From the NCBI GenBank assembly GCA_043819555.1, contig JBDREQ010000031.1:31233-95232 (forward strand): a stretch of DNA of 64,000 nucleotides, read 5' to 3'. The notes below the pieces were generated by a model. That model was not told where the DNA came from and did no database searches. It saw only the letters and a list, made by a program, of their open reading frames with translations. This DNA is from Candidatus Zixiibacteriota bacterium (GTDB lineage Bacteria; Zixibacteria; MSB-5A5; GN15; JAAZOE01). Below, one piece after another: positions 1 through 10,732 of this stretch (positions are counted from its first letter, which is position 1; each line of letters opens with the position of its first letter). Position numbers and translations under genes: made by a program.

Positions 1-2
1 TC

Positions 3-929
3 GGCGGATGGTGGCTTTTTAGCAGACAGGATATTTACCCTGCCTCGATTCTGGTCGAGCCGGGTGATCGTTTTCATAACGTTGTTGTCAAACTTAATGA
101 GCGGGATATAGTTGGTTCTCCCTGGTTTTTCTCAAAAGCGGGCATAATAATCGGCCTCGACCGACATATAATCCCCGGCCGGTATGATTTCGAGAAACGG
201 ATATCGAATTTTGAAATCCTGCGAAAACTTTGGCGGGGCGATATCGCCGTTTTGAATGTGACCATTCCCGAGGGCTTTATATTGATGCAGATTCGTGAAT
301 TGTTGCATCAAAAATGCGGTGCCAATCCGGAGAGATTTGACAGCCTGGTGCGCGATTCTTCCTACTTATCAGCCCTGGGAATTGATGCCGGTTTTGCAGA
401 GGGTTATTTATTTCCGGAAACGTATCGATTTCAATGGGGAATAACTTCTCGCGAAGCTGTAGAAACTATGACCGCATATCTCTTTCAGCATCTTGACGAT
501 AGTCTGCTGGAGCGAGGGCGGGAATTAGGTTATAATCTCGATGAGATTCTGACTATGGCCTCAATTGTCGAATCGGAAGGAAGCCACGCCGACGAGTTTC
601 CGCTAATCGCTTCTGTCTATAGAAATCGCCTTAATACTGGAATGAAGCTACAGGCCGATCCCACTATAATTTACGGTATGGGAGGTCTGGATCGGACTTT
701 GATGATAAAGGACTATCAGTTTTCATCGGCTTATAATACATACTTGCATGAAGGTTTGCCGCCGACGCCGATCTGCTCCCCGGGAATGAACGCAATTATG
801 GCGGTTCTATATCCGGATTCAACTGACTATTATTATTTTGTTGCCGATGGCAAAGGCCGCCACATTTTCAACGAAACATATCAGGGGCATCTGCGGGATA
901 CCCGGCGTGTAAAAAATCAGTCTCGATAG
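3..929 (+). CDS. mltG: Endolytic transglycosylase MltG (5' end outside window)
   Basis: Frame is open from base 3 (GGWWLFS...IIPGRYDF...VTIPEG), upstream of the track start at 252. Motifs EGYLFPETY, LTMASIVESE, NRLNTGMKLQADPT, YNTYLHEGLPPTPICSPG. Confidence 0.95.
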   Translation, partial: GGWWLFSRQDIYPASILVEPGDRFHNVVVKLNERDIVGSPWFFSKAGIIIGLDRHIIPGRYDFEKRISNFEILRKLWRGDIAVLNVTIPEGFILMQIRELLHQKCGANPERFDSLVRDSSYLSALGIDAGFAEGYLFPETYRFQWGITSREAVETMTAYLFQHLDDSLLERGRELGYNLDEILTMASIVESEGSHADEFPLIASVYRNRLNTGMKLQADPTIIYGMGGLDRTLMIKDYQFSSAYNTYLHEGLPPTPICSPGMNAIMAVLYPDSTDYYYFVADGKGRHIFNETYQGHLRDTRRVKNQSR

Positions 930-936
930 AAATTGC

Positions 937-1494
937 TCAAACAGCGATCTTTTCCGCGGTTAACAAATGATATAACCGATCGGTAAATTCATAGACAAAA
1001 CCCTTGCCAAGCCCTTCAAAGTAGGTACCAAAAGCGCATTCTTCCACCGAGGACAGGCTTAAAACTCCAATTCGAACCGAATCCATGATGAGGGGAATCA
1101 AAAGAACTGAACGGGTATCATCCGACATTAAAATCTTCTTTTCGATAGTACTGCCGGAAAGATGCTCGGGGAAATTATCGGCAATCGGAAAACCATGCTC
1201 AAGCGACTGATGCATAATTGAATTCTTTTTCTTTATGACCAGTGTTACACCGCTATTGATCTGGCCGTTTTTAAGCATATGGGTAATGAGCATCTTTTCA
1301 TTTTGAGAGTCCAAAAATGAAAGCGCCCCTCTCTCAATATTGAAAAACCTTCCTATTTTACCCCATAGGTTTTGCAATAATTCGCTGATTATTTTGTTGG
1401 TTGCTGGGTTGAGATAATCGGTCAAGTTAAAAGCCATCCTTGAACCTTTCAAAAAATCATCCAGGTGATACTCGTCTTCAGAAAAATACGCCAT
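937..1494 (-). CDS. Stand-alone GAF-like domain protein
   Basis: C-terminal RSVLLIPL...IGVLSL is a GAF-type motif; gene lies directly downstream of the response regulator. Confidence 0.6.
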   Translation of the reverse strand: MAYFSEDEYHLDDFLKGSRMAFNLTDYLNPATNKIISELLQNLWGKIGRFFNIERGALSFLDSQNEKMLITHMLKNGQINSGVTLVIKKKNSIMHQSLEHGFPIADNFPEHLSGSTIEKKILMSDDTRSVLLIPLIMDSVRIGVLSLSSVEECAFGTYFEGLGKGFVYEFTDRLYHLLTAEKIAV

Positions 1495-1519
1495 TTTTTA
1501 CCCCCAGGTTCAATCGACA

Positions 1520-2878
1520 TTAGGCCGGCTGCATTAGATTGAACTTTTTGATTTTTCGCCAGAGCGTTGTTCTTCCTATTCCAAGCTGGTTGGCGGTTAG
1601 AGAATAATTCCAGTTATTCTCTTCCAACGAATTTAAGATTTGCAATTTTTGAGTTTCTGCCAGAGATCGTGATTTATCCAGCGGTGACGGCCTATAAGTC
1701 AGTTCCGTCTCCCGCGGAGAAATGAAGATTATATCTTCATACTTTATCTGGTCTCCTCCGGAAAGGGCGATTGCCCGTTTCAGTGTATTTTCTAATTCCC
1801 GGACATTACCCGGCCATTTATGTTTGAGCAATAATTCTAACCCATCGGTCGATAAGGTAATCGGCGCTCGTTCATATTCTTTTTGGATTTTTCTTAAAAA
1901 ATATTCTGTAAGGGACGGGATATCTTCGAGACGATCCCGGAGGGGTGAAATATGAAGAGGCATGACATTGAGACGGTAGTACAAATCATCTCGGAACTTG
2001 CCCTCTCGAACCATTTTATCAAGGTTAGCGTTGGTCGCGGCTATTACGCGAACGTCAACGATTGACGTCGTGTTGCCTCCAACCGGTCTGATTTCTTTTT
2101 CCTGCAGGACACGGAGAAGTTTGGCCTGAATCGACCCGGGTAAATCACCAATCTCATCGAGGAATATGGTGCCGTTATGCGCCTCGGCAAAGAGGCCTTT
2201 TTTATTTGCGACCGCCGATGTGAAGGCTCCCTTTACGTGCCCAAATAATTCGGATTCCAATAAGTTTTCAGGTATGGCGGAGCAATTAATTGGCACAAAT
2301 GCACCCTTGCGCCGCTCACTATGATGATGAATTACTTTAGCGATAAGCTCTTTGCCGGTGCCTGATTCACCTGTAATCAAAACGGCAATATTTGTGGTTG
2401 AAATCCGACTGATAACCTGTTTGAGATCCCTGATGGCCTTGGAATTTCCAATAATATTATCAAAACCGAATTGATGCGCCACCTCCTGACGCAAGTACCG
2501 TACGGTATGGCGCAAATCCAGCCTCTCCAGGGCTTTATTCGCCTTGAAAACCATCTCTTTATTCTTGAATGGTTTGGTTATATAATCCGAAGCCCCGTTT
2601 TGAATCGCCTGAACCGCAGTCTCAACCGAACCGTAGGCGGTCATAATTATAACTTCCGTTTCGGGATGAAGTTTTTTGCTGAGCATTAAAACACTTAACC
2701 CGGAACCGTTCCCCAAACATAAATCGGTTAAGACCAAATCAAAAATCTGTGACTCAAGCAATCGGCGAGCCTCAACTTCTTCCTCCACTGCAGTCACCGC
2801 AAATCCATTTTTCTCAAATAACCGAGTCAGCGTTTTATTCATTCCGGATTCATCTTCAACTATCAATACTGAAGGCAT
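1520..2878 (-). CDS. Sigma54-dependent response regulator (NtrC/AtoC family: REC-AAA+-Fis HTH)
   Basis: REC domain (VEDE, DLVLTD), GESGTGKE, ESELFGH, GAFTSA, FLDEIG, WPGNVREL, C-terminal HTH LGIGRTTLWRK. Confidence 0.97.
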   Translation of the reverse strand: MPSVLIVEDESGMNKTLTRLFEKNGFAVTAVEEEVEARRLLESQIFDLVLTDLCLGNGSGLSVLMLSKKLHPETEVIIMTAYGSVETAVQAIQNGASDYITKPFKNKEMVFKANKALERLDLRHTVRYLRQEVAHQFGFDNIIGNSKAIRDLKQVISRISTTNIAVLITGESGTGKELIAKVIHHHSERRKGAFVPINCSAIPENLLESELFGHVKGAFTSAVANKKGLFAEAHNGTIFLDEIGDLPGSIQAKLLRVLQEKEIRPVGGNTTSIVDVRVIAATNANLDKMVREGKFRDDLYYRLNVMPLHISPLRDRLEDIPSLTEYFLRKIQKEYERAPITLSTDGLELLLKHKWPGNVRELENTLKRAIALSGGDQIKYEDIIFISPRETELTYRPSPLDKSRSLAETQKLQILNSLEENNWNYSLTANQLGIGRTTLWRKIKKFNLMQPA

Positions 2879-2880
2879 TT

Positions 2881-3615
2881 TTAATATTCCCCATGTTTTG
2901 CTTTTGGTATTATGGCGAACACAATCGTTCCTCCGCCCGGATTTGGCGAAATTTCTATCGAACCACTATGCAAATTAATCAGGCTTTTAGCGACTGCCAA
3001 CCCCAGCCCCGTTCCACCGGCTCGGTGTGTTATAAACGGAAGTAAAATCTCGGCATATTGCTCATCAAAAACACCACTGCCATTATCTTCGACCTTAATA
3101 ATCGCATTGTCGCCATCGAAATCAGTTGAGACAATTATTTGGCCGTCCTCGTTGCCTTTTAATTCTTGTATGGAATTAATAAGTATTTCTCTGAATATCA
3201 GCCTGATCATTTCCACGTCGCAGCAGATCATTGGAAGAGGAGTTAAATTCCCGTATTTTATGTTTATGTTTTTGAAATCATCTCCGAAAGAAGTCGTAAC
3301 ATTTTCGAATTCCTTAAGGCATATTTCATTGATATCGGTTTCAATTATATCCGGCTGGCGCGGCGCCGCATAGAGCATATACCTGATTAATACCTCTTCC
3401 AGATTTTCAGCGGCTTCCAAAATCACTTTTGTGAAATACAAATCATCATCGGTAATAGTTTGCCCGACCGAAAAATCAAGCTGGCTGGCGGCAGTGGTGA
3501 TGACACTTAATGGATTTCGAATCTTGTGCGTCAATCGCTCCGCTAATCTTTCCAATGTTTCAGGAGCGTGCAAATTAACCTCTTTCCTGGATGTCCCTAT
3601 CGCCGTCTTTGCCAT
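2881..3615 (-). CDS. Sensorless histidine kinase (HisKA + HATPase_c)
   Basis: H-box THKIRNPL, N-box EILINS, DNGSG, PF, GTGLGL; no N-terminal sensor or TM segment. Confidence 0.88.
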   Translation of the reverse strand: MAKTAIGTSRKEVNLHAPETLERLAERLTHKIRNPLSVITTAASQLDFSVGQTITDDDLYFTKVILEAAENLEEVLIRYMLYAAPRQPDIIETDINEICLKEFENVTTSFGDDFKNINIKYGNLTPLPMICCDVEMIRLIFREILINSIQELKGNEDGQIIVSTDFDGDNAIIKVEDNGSGVFDEQYAEILLPFITHRAGGTGLGLAVAKSLINLHSGSIEISPNPGGGTIVFAIIPKAKHGEY

Positions 3616-3635
3616 GGTATCCCCATTTTGTTAAT

Positions 3636-3652
3636 TGTTTCACGATGCAACA
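3636..3652. promoter_or_regulatory. Dyad TGTTTCA-N3-TGCAACA, candidate enhancer-binding-protein site
   Basis: Near-perfect inverted repeat just upstream of the kinase start; related dyads at 3897-3913 and 3916-3932. Confidence 0.4.
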
Positions 3653-3662
3653 TATAATTTCA

Positions 3663-3689
3663 ATATCGACTGACTTAAAAAATAATTTA
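3663..3689 (-). promoter_or_regulatory. Possible sigma28-type promoter (TAAA-N15-GTCGATAT)
   Basis: Minus-strand match to TAAA-N15-GCCGATA(A/T) with one mismatch, upstream of the kinase operon. Confidence 0.3.
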
Positions 3690-4297
3690 CCCATGTTTCA
3701 GAGGTTATTTGGTGAGGGAAATAATTTTCGCATTGTAAAAATGCAGGCGGCGATCCGGACACGTTTATGTAAGCCTATAAATATTAATGCCTTGAACGCT
3801 CTTCGTGAGAAGCAGGGAAGAATTTTACGGATTTAATATCAATTTCAATTGACTGCTTTCTATTCGGTGTTTCATAAATCTTCCAGGTTTCATTGTTGCT
3901 TCAGTTTGAATCTTTGATTGCAGTATGAAATAAAAAGCCTTTATGCATTTTTAATATGGCATAATCTGTTTTTTTCTTGACAGTCAAGCGCAAATTTAAT
4001 AACTAAACCTATGCCGATACTTAAGGAACAGATTTCACAGGTAACAACGCAGTCAGGGCAAAAGCCTACAGCCTTCAGAAATAGAAAAAAACTCACACGA
4101 GCTAAGCCAAATACGGGATTGTTGCGAAAAAAGCGCTATGGTGAATACTAAACTTTTTGAAATTGATGATACATCCGCGTTTGTTCATCGGCCTCTTCGT
4201 AAGGGAAAAACAATCCCATCACTCGATGCCGATGAAACATTAAAAAACGTTTTGACCCAAAAGGACTATTATTCTATGGCACCTCGGGTAATATAGA

Positions 4298-5047
4298 ATG
4301 GCACACATTACAGCTATTATCCCTGCCCGTTTGGCAAGCCAGCGGTTTTCTCGAAAGGTGCTTTATCCCCTGAATGGAAAGCCGCTAATTTTTTATGTAT
4401 GGAATTCGATTCGAAAATCAAAATTAATCAATCAGCTTTTTATCGCCACTGACTCGGTGGAAATCGGCGCGGCCGTCAATGCTTTTGGAGGAGCCGTTAT
4501 AATGACTTCAAAAACTCTCCGGAATGGAACGGAGAGAACGGCTGAAGCGGTCAAAATCATGCGGACCGATATAGTCGTAAATATCCAGGCGGATAATATC
4601 GGACTAACAGGCAGAAACATAGATAGTGTCATTGAGGCTATGGTGGCTGATAAGAAAATTCAATTTGCCACTCTCGCTCAAAAAATCGAGGGAATAAATT
4701 CCCGAAAAAAATTAAATGACATAAACGTCGTCAAAGTTATCGAAACCGCTGACGGTCATGCCGGCTGGTTTAGCCGCCATCCTATTCCGCTGGCCAAAAA
4801 TTCAGGTCGAATCAACCCTGCAAGTATTTATCCATATTTGGAACATATTGGCGTATATTTTTTCAGGAAGCAGGCCCTGATGGAATATAAAAAATGGCCG
4901 CGGGCAAAATCAGAGGCGGCCGAATCACTGGAACAATTGCGAATACTCGAAAACGGCGGGCGAATCAGGCTATTCAAGATCAGGCCTCGTGTTTTATCCG
5001 TGGATAGCAAGCAGGCATTGAAAAAAATTGACAAATTGATAAAATAA
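4298..5047 (+). CDS. kdsB: 3-deoxy-manno-octulosonate cytidylyltransferase
   Basis: IIPARLASQRF..K, GTER, VNIQAD, HIGVY, ESLEQLRILENG. Confidence 0.93.
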   Translation: MAHITAIIPARLASQRFSRKVLYPLNGKPLIFYVWNSIRKSKLINQLFIATDSVEIGAAVNAFGGAVIMTSKTLRNGTERTAEAVKIMRTDIVVNIQADNIGLTGRNIDSVIEAMVADKKIQFATLAQKIEGINSRKKLNDINVVKVIETADGHAGWFSRHPIPLAKNSGRINPASIYPYLEHIGVYFFRKQALMEYKKWPRAKSEAAESLEQLRILENGGRIRLFKIRPRVLSVDSKQALKKIDKLIK

Positions 5048-6721
<1,674 letters not shown>

Positions 6722-6743
6722 AATCCCTCAGTAATATATCCTC

Positions 6744-6776
6744 AAAAAGCCGTCGCAGGTTGTGGCGGCTTTTTTG
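6744..6776 (+). terminator. Intrinsic terminator after pyrG
   Basis: AAAAAGCCGTCGC-AGGTT-GTGGCGGCTTTTTT hairpin with T tail. Confidence 0.8.
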
Positions 6777-6820
6777 TAATCTTATGGATCAAAATCCCTG
6801 CGGTTTTGGCAAATACAATA

Positions 6821-6844
6821 CGACAACCCGAGGGTTGTCGCTAC
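6821..6844 (-). repeat. GTAG-family REP
   Basis: Minus strand reads GTAG-CGACAACCC-TC-GGGTTGTCG: perfect palindrome preceded by GTAG. Confidence 0.7.
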
Positions 6845-6859
6845 ACAGTGATCCAACGT

Positions 6860-6923
6860 CGTCATTGCGAACGAGAAGCAGAAAGTAGATCGCCACGTCG
6901 GCCTTCGGCCTCCTCGCGATGAC
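6860..6923. repeat. CGTC-family palindromic repeat
   Basis: CGTCATTGCGA...TCGCGATGAC terminal inverted repeat with internal GGCCTTCGGCC hairpin, typical of CGTC repeats. Confidence 0.7.
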
Positions 6924-7087
6924 TGAGTTTTAATACTATTCTCCAAAAGTTATCCACATTATAGTTCTTAAAATTCCTTGTAACGCAATATTTTCCTATA
7001 GCTTATAGCAAAATGGCTTTGCTTTGTCGTTTTTGGTTATCCGCTACAAGTTTGATGGTGATTATGAAAGGCATTCATAAATTTCCC

Positions 7088-7160
7088 GTAGGGGTCGCTC
7101 GCGAGCGGCGCGAAAATGATATTATTCCAACAGCGGGCTCGTCGCGACGAGCACCAATAG
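7088..7160. repeat. Inverted pair of decayed GTAG REPs (REPIN-like)
   Basis: GTAGGGGTCGCTCGCGAGCGGCGC and GGGCTCGTCGCGACGAGCACC. Confidence 0.6.
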
Positions 7161-7252
7161 ATACCAGTCGGTTTGAAATATACTTCATCATACAAAACGG
7201 GATGATTTCGGAATAAGCGCCAAATCTATTGGAAAAATGTTGATGCTCTCAT

Positions 7253-7302
7253 GCGGGAACCCATCTCAAAAAACGCTGCGCTTATTTTTAAGTTGGGGCA
7301 CC
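7253..7302 (-). repeat. REP copy of the family flanking the RAYT remnant at 20.2-20.5 kb
   Basis: GCGGGAACCCATCTCAAAAAACGCTGCGCTTATTTTTAAGTTGGGGCACC aligns with the reverse complement of 20234-20284 and with 20455-20490. Confidence 0.7.
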
Positions 7303-7329
7303 GGCGGTGCAAGCAAATTGGCGGGAATC

Positions 7330-7584
7330 ACCTTGTCCGATAAGCACGAATCTTTAAAAAGACTCGAAAGGGTCCATAAATTGATTGAGGGTTTTGAAAA
7401 TCCCTATGGAATGGAATTATTAGCTACAGTGCATTGGGTGTTAAAAGATAATAAAGATGGAAAATTATCTGATGCGGAAACAGTTACTAAGGTTTTTGCG
7501 TGGAATGATCGAAAGAAGAAGATTTTCAATTCAGAGCACATAGCAATTGCAAGGAAAAGACTAATTGACGAAAAATGGATTTAG
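7330..7584 (+). pseudogene. darG: 3' fragment of a DarG-like macrodomain antitoxin
   Basis: RLERVHKLIEGFENPYGMELLATVHWV...VFAWNDRKKKIF..EHIAIARKRL matches the DarG C-terminal region. The macrodomain is absent and the first part of track ORF 7237 is REP-derived. Confidence 0.7.
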
Positions 7585-7629
7585 TAACTCCAATGTTCTC
7601 CACTACTATATAGTAGAATCCCCCCCCTC

Positions 7630-8064
7630 CTACTCCAGATTCATGCCGGGCATTTTTACGAAGCAGTTTAATACAGTTTTATTCAGTGATTTAATACTGA
7701 TATAGCCTACAGATTCGTAAAATAGTTTTTGCCTTTCATCGTCGTCCGTCAAGAGAACGTGCGAGCGGACATGTTCGAATCTTTTTAGACAACGATTAAG
7801 AAGTTCTCGGCCAATCCCACGATGCTGAAATTCCGGATCAACAAGAATGTCTTGAAGGTAGTGGATAGCGCTATCGTCAGACAGTGACCGCCCCAGTCCG
7901 ATAAGCTTATTATTGTCCGTACAAACTACAACAAAATTTGAGTTTATTATGGCCTTAATGAGATTTTCCGGGTCTTTTGTATATGTGGTCCAATTAACTG
8001 AGTTGTACAGTCTAAGGATTTCGTCTTTTGAGATATTCTCGATGTCCTCGGTATATGTTAGCAT
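7630..8064 (-). CDS. GNAT family N-acetyltransferase
   Basis: LQDILVDPEFQHRGIGRELL acetyl-CoA motif and FYESVGY; ATG at 8064 has a GGAG Shine-Dalgarno. Confidence 0.9.
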   Translation of the reverse strand: MLTYTEDIENISKDEILRLYNSVNWTTYTKDPENLIKAIINSNFVVVCTDNNKLIGLGRSLSDDSAIHYLQDILVDPEFQHRGIGRELLNRCLKRFEHVRSHVLLTDDDERQKLFYESVGYISIKSLNKTVLNCFVKMPGMNLE

Positions 8065-8203
8065 AATTTTCTCCAGTGTTGAAACAAAACACACCCGCCC
8101 CTTCGGGGCACCGGTCCTAGATAGGCAAGGGCCTAGTGGGGGAACAAGCTGGTTGCTTTACAGAGGAACTCGGTCGGGTGGCCTGCAGCAGAGTACATAT
8201 AAT

Positions 8204-10702
8204 CTAATTCTGTGACTCTTTGACCAGATCCGAGTAGCGGGTGATAATTTTTTCGACGCTTTTTTCCGATTCGGCTTCGGCAATAATTCTAAACGCCGCC
8301 CTCATTCTGTCCGGTACAACCAAAACCGAGCCGCCATTTTCCATTACCCGGACGCCGTCAATAAGCTGTCTCTCTTTACCCTTGGTGATTGTAATTAACT
8401 GGCGCATAACCTGGCCTTTTTTACTCCACGGGCACGGTATCGAAACGGTTTTGCGGACATACGATGTAAATTGATGGCGCAGCTCTTCGATAGTCGTATT
8501 GGCGCTGGCAAGCATCTCGAGCAGAGTGATAATTGCAAACATTGCGTCGGCCCCGACCTGGAAACGCGGGAATATAAATCCGCCCAGGGTTCCGCCGACA
8601 AAATCGGCCCCGCCCCGGATGTGAGCGTTCATCATCGCCAGATGATCGTTTCTGACACGGGTCACTTCAACGCCGTATTCACGAGCCAGTTCCTCGACGC
8701 CCATCGACGCCGCTACCGGTACCGCAATGCGTCGCGATTTATTACTGCGCAGATATAAATCGGTCATAATCAAAAGAAGCAATTGCGCTCCGACTTCATT
8801 TCCATCGCCGTCGATGACTATCATCTTTTCGCCGGAAGGATTTATCATGATTCCCAAATCGGCTGCCAATGATGTTACGATTGTTGATAGCTGTTTGATT
8901 TTATCCCGCAAATCATGCGAATGGTCCGAGGCGCGCAGAGGGTTGGGGTAGGCGTTTAGGCTGAGAGCGTCTATTCCGAGAGATGAGGTGATAGCCGGAA
9001 AACATTGGCCAGCCGAACCGTATGAATAATCGATAATGATCTTGAAATCACGGTGGCGCACTGTTTCCTCGTCAATCATCCGCAAAAACGTCTCCTGATA
9101 ATTCTTGAACAATCCCTCCTGTTCTTCAAGATGACCGGTATCGGCCAGCGATGCCCTGGGGAAATCCTCATTGGTAAATGAGCGTTCCACTTTTTTGGTT
9201 TTTGAAGTTGGCAGATCGAGCCCGGAATCATCGAGGAAAATTATATCGACCACATTATAGTTGTCGGGATTGTGACGCAGATAAATCCCCGCTCCATAAT
9301 TGCCGTTTTTCAGCGTATGGCGCAGTACCGGCAACGGCAGGATATCAAGATCATCCGCATCCACGCCGGTCGCCATGAGGCCGCATAATATGGATCGCTT
9401 CAATAATCGGGTCGCGTCCGAAGCGTCGCGGCTGGCGACAATGCGCTGCTTTTTGCCCAGGGACGCGCCAAAGGCCGCACCCAATTTTACCGCCATCTCG
9501 GGAGTAATTTCGGTCAGTCCCAGACCCGAAACTTTGGAATCGGTGAATAATTCACGATTCCATTTTTCACCCCAGACAATCGAAGAAGAGACAATAGCAC
9601 CGTCATCAATAATTTTGCCCGGCCATATTTTGCAATTGGCTCTGATTGTCGCCTCAGCCCCGACCTGGCATTCATCCGAAACGACTGCCCGGTCGAGAAT
9701 CGACGCCCCGCGCCCGATCTGTACCTGTTTGGTAATAATGGCGCTTGAAATCGATACTAAGGGCCCGATCACGGTTTGCGACCAAATAGTCGTGCCGGAG
9801 ATTTTTGCCTTTTCGCCGATTGTTGTATTTGAGCCAATTATGGAATTGCCGATATGGGCGCCTTCATCAATCCTGCAATTATCTCCTATAAATACAGTTC
9901 CGGAGAAATTAACAGAATTGGCGATATCAACATTTTCACCCAGAAAGACCCGGCCTCCGTTTTTCTCAATCGCTTTGCCTGGACTCGAAATGGCGACATT
10001 CCCCTCGAGAATATCATGCTGGGCGTAAGTGTATTCATCAATATCTCCCACATCCCGCCAGTAACCCTGGGATATTTTCCCCAGTAGATTCATGTTCTTC
10101 TGGAGCATGACCGGGAAAAGATTTTGCGAAAAGTCAAAATTGGTCCGTGGCGGAATTAATTGTACCGTTTCCGGCTCAAGAATATAAATCCCGGTATTGA
10201 TTGTATCGGAAAACATCTCGCCCCATGATGGTTTTTCCAAAAAGCGGGTAATATGGTTGCTCTCGTCGGTAATAACAATACCATAGGCCAGCGGGTTTTC
10301 GAGCCGCGTCAATAGAATACTGGCATCGCCTTTATTATCCTTATGAAATTGAAAAGCCGCACTTAGATCAAAATCGGTCAGCACATCGCCCGAAATAATG
10401 AGTGTTGTCTCGTCGCAAAAATCAGCGGCATAGCGAACCGCTCCGGCGGTGCCATAATCCTGATTGGGCAACATATAATCCATTTTGACGCCAAACTTGC
10501 TGCCGTCCTGGAAATGATTCCGGATAACTTCGGATTGGAAAAATATCAATGACATGATTTCGTCAAATCCATGCTTTTTGAGCAAATTGACGACATGTTC
10601 CATCATAGGCCGATTTCCAATCGGTACCATCGGCTTGGGGATATTGATGGTAAGCGGCCTTAACCGGGTCCCAAATCCTCCGGCCATAATAATCGCTTTC
10701 AC
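8204..10702 (-). CDS. Mannose-1-phosphate guanylyltransferase fused to a degenerate phosphomannomutase-like domain
   Basis: MAGGFGTRLRPLT..PKP, EKP, hexapeptide LbH repeats, C-terminal phosphohexomutase fold. Confidence 0.9.
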   Translation of the reverse strand: MKAIIMAGGFGTRLRPLTINIPKPMVPIGNRPMMEHVVNLLKKHGFDEIMSLIFFQSEVIRNHFQDGSKFGVKMDYMLPNQDYGTAGAVRYAADFCDETTLIISGDVLTDFDLSAAFQFHKDNKGDASILLTRLENPLAYGIVITDESNHITRFLEKPSWGEMFSDTINTGIYILEPETVQLIPPRTNFDFSQNLFPVMLQKNMNLLGKISQGYWRDVGDIDEYTYAQHDILEGNVAISSPGKAIEKNGGRVFLGENVDIANSVNFSGTVFIGDNCRIDEGAHIGNSIIGSNTTIGEKAKISGTTIWSQTVIGPLVSISSAIITKQVQIGRGASILDRAVVSDECQVGAEATIRANCKIWPGKIIDDGAIVSSSIVWGEKWNRELFTDSKVSGLGLTEITPEMAVKLGAAFGASLGKKQRIVASRDASDATRLLKRSILCGLMATGVDADDLDILPLPVLRHTLKNGNYGAGIYLRHNPDNYNVVDIIFLDDSGLDLPTSKTKKVERSFTNEDFPRASLADTGHLEEQEGLFKNYQETFLRMIDEETVRHRDFKIIIDYSYGSAGQCFPAITSSLGIDALSLNAYPNPLRASDHSHDLRDKIKQLSTIVTSLAADLGIMINPSGEKMIVIDGDGNEVGAQLLLLIMTDLYLRSNKSRRIAVPVAASMGVEELAREYGVEVTRVRNDHLAMMNAHIRGGADFVGGTLGGFIFPRFQVGADAMFAIITLLEMLASANTTIEELRHQFTSYVRKTVSIPCPWSKKGQVMRQLITITKGKERQLIDGVRVMENGGSVLVVPDRMRAAFRIIAEAESEKSVEKIITRYSDLVKESQN

Positions 10703-10732
10703 GATTTATGCTCCCTGTATGTATTTGTTTAA

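Noticed and set aside
3957..3972. TGGCATA as a sigma54 promoter (also TGGCAC near 4276)
   Set aside because: No GC at the -12 position.
4040..4110. GGGCAAAAGCC resembling a c-di-GMP-I riboswitch
   Set aside because: The GAAA tetraloop stem and second stem of the motif could not be built.
6950..6958. Perfect DnaA box TTATCCACA, possible oriC
   Set aside because: Single box, no cluster and no dnaA/dnaN nearby.
7013..7216. 67-aa ORF
   Set aside because: Runs through REP palindromes and has no protein-like features.
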